From an uncultured Alphaproteobacteria bacterium (lineage in GTDB: Bacteria > Pseudomonadota > Alphaproteobacteria > ATCC43930 > CGMCC-115725): a stretch of 64,000 nucleotides of DNA. Positions within the stretch are counted from its first letter, which is position 1. Every line of letters begins with the position of its first letter. Position numbers and translations under genes: made by a program. The notes beneath the pieces were generated by a model. It saw nothing but the letters and a program-made list of their open reading frames with translations. It searched no databases and was not told the origin of the DNA. Below are positions 56,600-64,000 of the stretch, one piece after another. The stretch spans positions 1,199,751 to 1,263,750 of the forward strand of contig CAVYZU010000002.1 of assembly GCA_963772965.1 (NCBI GenBank). Direction: 5' to 3'.

Positions 56600-56677
56600 G
56601 CGGATAATCCGACGAAGTTAATGCGTCTCGCTCCATACTTACAGCAGTTCGCACTTACACAGTTCGCGTAGGATGAA

Positions 56678-57274
56678 ATGGACCCCTACGATTTGCTGGT
56701 GGCCGCGCGTAAAGCCTGTCGCTATTGCGTCGGGCAAAGCCCCGGTAGTCTAAGGAGCTGCGGCGAGTTCTCTTTCGATCCGGATGTCGTCAGCCACTGG
56801 GAGCAGTGGCTTGGTCATCGAAGGCCACAGCTCGTCATCGTTGGTCAGGATTTCGGCAATGTCGACTATTACGTGCGCAATCGTGGCCGCGACGATCCGA
56901 CCAACAAGACCAACGAAAATCTATAGAAGTTGCTCCTCGAAGCCGGGTTCGCAGTCGGCCACCCGTCGCGGCTGGACCCGGCTCCTCCGGTATTTCTGAC
57001 CAATTCCATCTTCTGCATCAAGGAGGGCGCGATGAACGCCCCGATCCGCGCTAGCTGGGTCGCTGCCTGTACCAACCGGCATCTGTCGCCTCTGATCGGG
57101 TATCTCCGGCCACCCGCCGTTGTCGGCATGGGCAGCCATGGGTGGCGCGCGGTGTTGCAAGTCTTCGCGTCGGTTCGTGCGCCGCGGCGGATATTGGCCG
57201 CCGCTGGATCATATTGGACCGCAGCCGACGGGACTCGGGTGTTTGCCGTCGGCCACTTAGCCCGCTCGGCATGA
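56678..57274 (+). pseudogene. uracil-DNA glycosylase superfamily-like gene interrupted by an in-frame TAG at 56924-56926
   Basis: ORFs 56678..56926 and 56930..57274 share one frame: ...VIVGQDFGNVDYY...TNENL*KLLLEAGF...FLTNSIFCIK...VGMGSHGW...AVGHLARS. Confidence 0.5.
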
Positions 57275-57454
57275 TCAACCGACCCTGGACGCAGCAAATC
57301 GCGGATTGGCGCAAGATCGGTGAGGTGGTTCGGGAGAGTCATTCGGTGTGAATGCGCATGTTTTGAAACTCGCGCAGCATGGCTGGCCCGGCGACAGCTT
57401 GATAAACCAATCATGCCCGATTGCAGCGGCGGCTTTCCGGCGGCTTACCCGGCC

Positions 57455-57925
57455 CTATTGCACCTTTAATAACTGCACGTCGAACATCAGTGTTGCGTTG
57501 GGCGGGATCACGCCGCCGGCGCCGCGCGCGCCATAGCCGAGTTCGGGCGGGATAATCAGTGTCCGTTCGCCGCCGACCTTCATGCCGGCCACACCTTCGT
57601 CCCAGCCCGCAATCACCTGATGCGCGCTGAGGGTGAAATCGAAGGGCTGACCACGGTCGAGCGAGCTGTCGAACTTGGCGCCCTTGGCGCCGTCTTTATA
57701 GAGCCAGCCGGTGTAGTGGACCGACACTTTGGCGCCGGGGGTCGCGGTGGCGCCGTCGCCGATTTTGTTGTCGGTGTATTTCAGACCGTCGGGCATTTCG
57801 ATCACCTTGGCTTCCGCCGCGACGGCATATGCCAAAGGCGTGCCGGCGGCTGTCAGAGCGAGCGCCACGGCGGCGCCGGCGAGACGAAGCCGTAGCATGA
57901 ATTGGCGGCGTTCCGTAACAGACAT
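57455..57925 (-). CDS. FKBP-type peptidyl-prolyl cis-trans isomerase, secreted
   Basis: VSVHYTGWLYKDG..KFDSSLDRGQPFDFTLSAHQVIAGWDEGVAGMKVGGERTLIIPPELGYG. Start is either 57925 or 57898. Confidence 0.88.
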   Translation of the reverse strand: MSVTERRQFMLRLRLAGAAVALALTAAGTPLAYAVAAEAKVIEMPDGLKYTDNKIGDGATATPGAKVSVHYTGWLYKDGAKGAKFDSSLDRGQPFDFTLSAHQVIAGWDEGVAGMKVGGERTLIIPPELGYGARGAGGVIPPNATLMFDVQLLKVQ

Positions 57926-58248
57926 ACGTCTCCCCCTCCTATGATGCCGCCGTGTGTAAGCCATTCCGAGGCGGATTCGTAACCATCCATTGCCGCAGTG
58001 GCGACGCGACGCGGCAAAGCAAGCAGCGCCGGGACGAATGAATCAATTGCATACGGTTAATGAAAATACTGCATGAATATTACGCAACGAGCACGTAATT
58101 GTGCGAAAATGTTGCTGGAGTAATCTGCAAGGCGTAGCATCTTGTCGCAGCTTACGAAGGCTGAAAAGGCGGGTCCGGAGTCCGATCGCTTCGGGCCCGC
58201 GCCGAGGCCCCAGGCTCTCGGGGAGCGGGGCGACGAGGAGAAACGACC

Positions 58249-60009
58249 ATGGCATATGATCTGCTCATTAAAAACGGGCGTGTCGTCGATGGCTCGGGCG
58301 AGCCAGCCTTTAGCGCCGATGTCGCGGTGCAGGACGGCAAAATCGTTGGGGTCGGCAAATACGCTGGCGCCGCCGCCAAACGTACGATCGACGCCGAAGG
58401 GCGCGTCGTCGCACCCGGCTTTATTGACCACCATACGCATTTCGACCCGCAGGCGGTGTGGGACCCGTATTGCGGCTCGTGGGTGCACAACGGCCACACC
58501 ACCGTTGTCGTCGGCCAGTGCGGTCAGGTCATCGCCCCGGTGCGGCCGGGTGACGGCGAGTGGTATCTCGAATTTTTCTCCGACGCGGAACAGATCCCTC
58601 TACCGGTCCTGAAGGCCGGGGTTGACGTGACCTGGGAATCGGTCGGCGATTATCTGAATGCGCTTGGCAAGAAGCGCGGCATCAATGTCGGCACGTTGGT
58701 CGGCCATTCCGGCATCCGCCGCTATGTGATGGGCGAGGCCGCGGACGAGCGGCAGGCGACGCCGGAAGAGATGGCGGCGATGCAGAAGCTGATCCGCGAG
58801 GCGATGTACGACGGCGCGCTCGGCTTCTCGACCGCACCAAAGGATCGCGGCGACCCGGCCGGCGTCGGCGATGACGCCGAGCGTTGGGCGCTTGCCAGCG
58901 TGCTGGGCGAGCTCGGCACCGGCGTCTTCCAGGTGGCTGGCGGCGCCCCTGGCGGCACCAAGCAGACCCGACAGGTCGCGCGCGAGTTAGCGGCCCGCAC
59001 CGGCCGTCCGTCGATCTACAACTTGATGTCCGATCCGATCGGCAATCCCGATGAATGGGTCGAGCACCTGAAATGGCTCGAGGACGGGTTCAAGAGCGGT
59101 GCGCGCTGCTACGGCTCGTGCCTGTCGACCGTTGCCGGGGCGATTTTCGACCTGCAGCGCGGCCTCAATGTGCCGCAGGACGAGGATATCACGCATCCCG
59201 AAGGCTTCTTCCGCGGCATGCCGACCTGGGACAAGGTCATGGCATTGCCCTATCAGGAGCGCATGCGCGCCTTCCGCGACCCGGAAATCCGCAAGGCGAT
59301 GTCCGCCGAGGCGGTCGAAGGCACGGTCGCGCAGGAAGGCGGCATGACCGACCGGCGCGGCCGGGCGCGTGGCCTGTTCAATCGGCGCTGGGACCTCGTC
59401 GAGGTGTTCATGACCACGAAGGGACAGAACCGCCACCTCGAGGGCAAAAGCGTCGAGCAGATCGCCAAAGAGCAGAACAAGGGCATCATGGATGCCTTCC
59501 TGGACCTGTCGCTTGATGAGGATTTGCAGACCTGCTTCCAGGCGATCGACCGCAACCATGATCCGAAAGTGCAGAAGCACATCCTCGGCTCGCAGTACAC
59601 GGTCATCGGCACCAGCGACGGCGGCGGCCGGCCGCACACCGCCGATCGGCACGAGACCAGCACCAATCTGCTGGGCCATTGGGTGCGCGAGCAGCAGGCG
59701 CTGACGCTCGAAGAGGCGGTCTATCGGCTGACCGGCAAGACCGCGCTGATGCACGACATTACCGATCGCGGCTTTATCGCCGCCGGCAAGGTCGCCGACA
59801 TCACGATCTTCGATCCCGATACGATCGCCTCCAAACCGCGCGAGCCGGTCGCCAACATGCCCGCGGGCGGCGTCCAGGTTAAGCGCGATGCGGTCGGCAT
59901 CGACTATGTCGTGATCAACGGGCAGGTATTGCTCGACAAGGGCGAACTGACCGACGCATTGCCCGGCCAGATCATCCGCGGCCCGCTCTATCAAGGCGCC
60001 CAGGCGTAG
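58249..60009 (+). CDS. N-acyl-D-amino-acid deacylase (D-aminoacylase) family amidohydrolase
   Basis: YDLLIKNGRVVDGSG, APGFIDHHTHFD, 586 aa, C-terminal DITIFDPDTI. Confidence 0.9.
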   Translation: MAYDLLIKNGRVVDGSGEPAFSADVAVQDGKIVGVGKYAGAAAKRTIDAEGRVVAPGFIDHHTHFDPQAVWDPYCGSWVHNGHTTVVVGQCGQVIAPVRPGDGEWYLEFFSDAEQIPLPVLKAGVDVTWESVGDYLNALGKKRGINVGTLVGHSGIRRYVMGEAADERQATPEEMAAMQKLIREAMYDGALGFSTAPKDRGDPAGVGDDAERWALASVLGELGTGVFQVAGGAPGGTKQTRQVARELAARTGRPSIYNLMSDPIGNPDEWVEHLKWLEDGFKSGARCYGSCLSTVAGAIFDLQRGLNVPQDEDITHPEGFFRGMPTWDKVMALPYQERMRAFRDPEIRKAMSAEAVEGTVAQEGGMTDRRGRARGLFNRRWDLVEVFMTTKGQNRHLEGKSVEQIAKEQNKGIMDAFLDLSLDEDLQTCFQAIDRNHDPKVQKHILGSQYTVIGTSDGGGRPHTADRHETSTNLLGHWVREQQALTLEEAVYRLTGKTALMHDITDRGFIAAGKVADITIFDPDTIASKPREPVANMPAGGVQVKRDAVGIDYVVINGQVLLDKGELTDALPGQIIRGPLYQGAQA

Positions 60010-60027
60010 CGCACCCGACCGACAAAG

Positions 60028-60056
60028 CAGGATGCCTGGATTATCCGGGCATCCTG
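60028..60056 (+). terminator. hairpin terminator candidate after the D-aminoacylase gene
   Basis: CAGGATGCC-tggattatccg-GGCATCCTG followed by TTCG; perfect 9-bp stem, weak U-tract. Confidence 0.45.
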
Positions 60057-60078
60057 TTCGCAGTATAACACTTAACAT

Positions 60079-60170
60079 CCCCGTGGCCGGGCTCGTCCCG
60101 GCCATCCACGTCTCTACGGCCGAGTGCTCGACGATGTCCGTGGATGGCCAGACCAGGTCCGGCCACGGGA
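60079..60170. repeat. composite palindrome made of two inverted GTGGCCGG...CCGGCCAT hairpins
   Basis: CGTGGCCGGGCTCGTCCCGGCCATCCACG (60082-60110) and CGTGGATGGCCAGACCAGGTCCGGCCACG (60139-60167) are mutually inverted. Confidence 0.6.
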
Positions 60171-60215
60171 ATATTGAATAGCCGGCATGTTACCACTCGA
60201 ACTGGAGGAAATCCG

Positions 60216-61140
60216 ATGGCGGAAGGGGCGAAACGGATCGAACAATTAGCGCCGGAATTCGACCGGATCATCGAAATCTCGCAGCCGATTCAGGAACTGG
60301 CCGACGGCTTTGGCGGGCCGCAGGGACCGGCCGAGGGACCATTGTGGTGGCACGAAGGCGGCTATCTCGTGTTCAGCGACATCCACAATAATCGCCGGAT
60401 GAAATACGAGCCCGGCAAGGGCGTTTCGCTGTTGCTGGAGCCGACTAACCGCGCCAACGGCCTGACCCGCGATCTGCAGGGGCGGCTGGTCGCCTGCGAG
60501 CACGATTCGCGGCGCGTCACCCGGCAGGAGCATGACGGCAGCATCACCGTCATTGCCAACAGCTTTCAGGGCCGCCAGTTAAACCGGCCCAATGATGTCG
60601 TCGTCAAATCCGACGGCTGCATTTATTTCACCGATCCGTGGACCAGCCCCAATGCGCCGCAGCAATGGGATCTGACCTTTTCCGGCGTCTACCGCGTGAC
60701 CCCCGATCTCGGCACATTGAGTTTATTGGTCGACGATTTTATTGTACCCAACGGCCTCGCTTTTTCGCCTGATGAGAGCGTGCTCTACATCAACGATTCG
60801 CGCCGCGGTCACATCCGCGCGTTCGATGTCAACCCCAATGGCACGCTGGCCAAACACAGCGACCGGGTTTTCGCCGATTTGCGCGGATCGGAGTCCGGGT
60901 GTTCCCGACGGCATGAAGGTCGATGTCGAAGGCAATGTCTATTGCGGCGGCGCCGGCGGGCTGTGGATCATGGACCCCAAAGGCAAGAAACTCGGCCGCA
61001 TCGTGCACGGCGCGCCCGCCACGACCAATCTCGCCTTTGGCGGCGCCGACTGGAAAACCCTGTACTTCACCAGCCGCAACCATCTAGGCGCGGTCAATGT
61101 GAAGATCTCCGGCATCCCTGTCCCAGTCAGCAAGAAATAG
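60216..61140 (+). pseudogene. SMP-30/gluconolactonase/LRE family protein with apparent +1 frameshift near 60891-60900
   Basis: Frame 1: MAEGAKRIEQLAPEFD...EGPLWWHEGGYLVFSD...PNGLAFSPDESVLYINDS...FADLRGSE. Frame 2: GVPDGMKVDVEGNVYCGG...NLAFGGADWKTLYFTS. Confidence 0.8.
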
Positions 61141-61476
61141 GCAGTATCCATTGCGGTAATAGTCCTGACCGCACCGGGCTGAATGTGGGCGCCTTCAAAG
61201 CCTGCAGTTCGCCCGGTCGCGCTCGCAGACCCCGGCCGCGCCGTTGCCAAGAAAAGCGAGTAAGTCGCCTTGCTCGTGGGTCCGTGATGATCCTTTCAGC
61301 CGCAATTCCCGTCTCACGCGTCACTCCCATGAACGCGATCGGCTTTTCCGAATTGAACCAAAAATGGCCGGCGCGCTGAACTCTGTGGGTGGGCCGCGTT
61401 GTTATCTGCTCGGCCCTTCTCCGCTGCATTTGTGCTTCGATTGTAGCGGAGATCCCACCGCAGGTGCAAAAGCCGC

Positions 61477-62858
61477 ATGTCAAAGATCGAGCACGTCGTC
61501 GTTCTAATGCTCGAAAACCGTTCGTTCGACAGCATGCTTGGTCGGCTATACCCGAAGAGCGAGCGCTTTGAAGGGTTGGAGGGAACGGAAACCAATCCCT
61601 GGCACAAAGCAGACGGGGCCGTCGAACAAATCAGGGCGCGGAGGTTACGGCACAGACCGCCTGCATCCCCGACCCGGATCCAGGAGAACTGTTCACCGAC
61701 TTTAGCGAGCAGATCTTTGGGCAAGACGCACGATCTTGCACGCCCGCGAATATGACGGAATTCGTTGACAACTATATTAGGCAACCGCCGCAGAACGGCG
61801 CGCCGGATCCCCGCGCCGTCATGCATTATTTTGTTCCCGAGCAGGTGCCGGTTATCAGTCAACTCGCCAAGTCCTTTGGTGTGTCCGACCGGTGGCACGC
61901 TTCCGCCCCGTGCGAAACTTGGCCAAATCGCTATTTCATGCACAGCGGGTCGGGCGGGGGATACGTCAACAACGAGCGGTCCCGCTTTCCCTATCGGTGG
62001 CCGCGCTCGATGCCGACGATTTTCCGCCGGCTAGGAGCTCGGGGCTACAGCTGGAAAATCTACTTTCACGACATTCCGCAAGCGGCAACGCTGGTCGACC
62101 TTTGGGTCAAAATTCCAACGCATTTCTGCCTTTTCGACGCGGAATTCGAGCGTCACGCTAGTACCGGCAGGCTGCCCAACTACAGCTTTATAGAGCCACG
62201 CTATTATCCCAGCCGGATGTTGAACGTGGTTCCCAACGATCAGCATCCGCCGCACAATATGATCTACGGCGAGCAGCTGATCGCCGCCGTGTACAACGCG
62301 GTGCGCCGCGCCCCAACCTGGCCGCAGACATTACTGATCGTCACCTATGACGAACATGGCGGCTGCTTTGATCACGTGGCGCCGCCCGCAGCCGTGCCGC
62401 CGGGCGGTCCCTATCCGGATGGCTTCGCCTTCGACCGGTACGGGGTGCGCGTTCCCGCTATAATCATCTCGCCCTATGTCGCGCCGGGCAGCATCATTCG
62501 GCCGGGGCACTCGAATGGCAGCCCATGGTACCCGTTCGACCACTGTTCGGTGCAGGCGACTTTGCACCGGATCTTCGATCTTGGTGCGCCGCTGACGCCG
62601 CGGGTTGCTGCCGCCCCCGACCTGCTCGAGGCGCTAACGCTTGATGCCCCCAAAAACCACGGGCCCGAGCAGGTTTCGGCCGAGCAGCGGCTGCCCTCGG
62701 CGGCGGAAGTCCGCGCGCATCATCGCCTGCCTCGCAATCGGCATCAGCGAAATCTGAGAAGCCCGGTTCTCGGATTGCCCGCGGTCGCTGCCGGGTTGGT
62801 TGGGCATTTGCGTGGCGCCGGCGCCAAAGCAATGCCGAAGGGATGGCGACGTCGCTAA
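61477..62858 (+). pseudogene. phosphoesterase family protein (phospholipase C/AcpA-like) with apparent -1 frameshift near 61625-61640
   Basis: Frame 1: MSKIEHVVVLMLENRSFDSMLG...ADGAVEQI. The frame of 61752 extends upstream as QGAEVTAQTACIPDPDPGELFTDFSEQIFG...WPNRYFMHSG...TYDEHGGCFDHV. Confidence 0.8.
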
Positions 62859-62902
62859 ACCGTGGAAAAGGCGGGGCGGGGGCACGATTTTGCCCGCGGC
62901 TG

Positions 62903-63529
62903 TCATTCTCTCGCATGTCTCAAATGCCGCCACACGTACCAGGCCACGGCGACAACAATCACCGCGACAATCATCCAGTCGAATTGCCGCAAAATATTAT
63001 GCAGCCGTGGATCGCTATCCCAATTTTGCCCAAGCTTGTAGCCGATATAGGCGAGCGCAAAACACCAGGGCCATGATCCGGCAAAGGTGTAGATCTGGAA
63101 TTTTAGTTGCGGTAAGTGGGCGACACCGGCCGGGAAGGCGATAAAAGTGCGGATCACGGGTAATAATCGTCCGACCAGCACCGTGATATTGCCATAACGG
63201 GCGAAAAATCGGTCGGCGGCGGCGAGATCGCGTCGGCTGACTAGGACGTATGCCCCCCAGCGCTCGACCAGCGGACGCCCGCCATAGCGCCCCACCGCAT
63301 AGGCGATAGTCGAGCCGACATTGCAGCCGATTGCGCCAGCCGTAGCGACGAGAAAAAGATTGAAGCGCCCGGTCGAGGCGAGATAGCCGGAAAACGGCAT
63401 GATAATTTCTGATGGGAGCGGGATGCACGCCGACTCGATCGCCATCAATGCCACAATGCCGAAATAGCCCCCGGCAGAGATTGTCGCGACAATAAAGCCG
63501 GCGACGGCGGCCGATATATTTTGCAGCAT
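62903..63529 (-). CDS. DedA family membrane protein
   Basis: GYFGIVALMAIESACIPLPSEIIMPFSGYL, GRLLPVIRTFIAFPAG. Confidence 0.9.
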   Translation of the reverse strand: MLQNISAAVAGFIVATISAGGYFGIVALMAIESACIPLPSEIIMPFSGYLASTGRFNLFLVATAGAIGCNVGSTIAYAVGRYGGRPLVERWGAYVLVSRRDLAAADRFFARYGNITVLVGRLLPVIRTFIAFPAGVAHLPQLKFQIYTFAGSWPWCFALAYIGYKLGQNWDSDPRLHNILRQFDWMIVAVIVVAVAWYVWRHLRHARE

Positions 63530-63641
63530 CAGCCTGAATAAGCGCCGTCGATTTACCGAATATGAAAAAAGCGGGTGCCGTCGGTTAACGCCGCGCGCCC
63601 CAGCAACACCCTTACACTCGCCTTTGCCGAGCCGGAAATAA

Positions 63642-64000
63642 TTAGTGGTCGGTCACAGCCGGCAGCCCGGCTTCACGGCGGACTTCATTGATGATCTGCA
63701 GCACGCGCTCGCGATATGGGCGGTACTGCACGCCGAATTCCTCGACCAGCCGCTTGTTGTCGATGAGGTAATTGCCGGAGATCTCCTTGCCGCCGGCTTC
63801 TTTGTCAAAGCTGATCTTGGCGTCGGGTAGGTACTCATGCACCATGTCCGCGATCTCGCCAAGGCTGATCGCGATACCGCCGGTGTTGTAGATCCAGTGT
63901 TTTGGCCGGTCGGACATAATAACCCGGGCGAAAATCTCGGCGACCTCGTCGACATGGATCGGGCAGCGCATCGCATCCTTGAACGGGAACGAGATCGGTT
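63642..64000 (-). CDS. NAD-dependent epimerase/dehydratase family protein, N-terminal part outside the window
   Basis: The frame stays open upstream of the track ATG to the window edge (PISFPFKDAMRCPIHVDEVAEIF...). C-terminal region is typical of SDR-type epimerases. Confidence 0.7.
   Translation of the reverse strand, partial: PISFPFKDAMRCPIHVDEVAEIFARVIMSDRPKHWIYNTGGIAISLGEIADMVHEYLPDAKISFDKEAGGKEISGNYLIDNKRLVEEFGVQYRPYRERVLQIINEVRREAGLPAVTDH

Overview
This is a high-GC alphaproteobacterial chromosomal segment. The REP-type palindromes (GTCATTGCGAGCGCAGCGAAGCAATCC, GGATTCCCGCTTTCGCGGGAATGAC) and the gene content look Bradyrhizobiaceae-like, but that is inference only. All calls come from by-eye translation and motif recognition; no searches or alignments were run.

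I count roughly 70 coding regions, mostly core or accessory metabolism:
- partial trpF
- a PHB cluster: phaR, a class-III-sized phaC-like gene, phaA, phaB
- thiC behind a TPP riboswitch
- D-amino-acid dehydrogenase-like, LLM, HpaB-family, CoxL-form-II-like, amidohydrolase, D-aminoacylase, CoA-transferase and enoyl-CoA hydratase genes
- several transporters: TauE, DMT, MFS-DHA2, NiCoT, DedA

I recognised no rRNA, tRNA, CRISPR array, transposase or integrase.

The stretches that look accessory or unusual are:
1. A small islet at 12.6-17.0 kb. It has a 21-bp-phased iteron-like repeat array, a DUF104-like/PIN toxin-antitoxin pair and a single-chain MmeI-like restriction-modification enzyme.
2. A metal-homeostasis block at 29.2-34.9 kb. 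It holds ArsR plus a tandem His/Cys-rich protein, a COG0523-WD40-DUF1289-zur-hydrolase operon, and a divergent NiCoT sharing a 7-3-7 palindrome.
3. A canonical gltA divergent from an excisionase-HTH::citrate-synthase fusion, followed by a split ComDE-like TPP decarboxylase.
4. A GIY-YIG nuclease gene bracketed by two near-identical 81-bp palindromic repeats.
5. Two further TA modules (vapBC, hicAB).

A pervasive feature is apparent single-base frameshifts in otherwise well-conserved genes: at least 10 indels in 9 genes, plus one in-frame TAG. Most sit at short homopolymers. This points to consensus sequencing error rather than biology until it is checked against reads.
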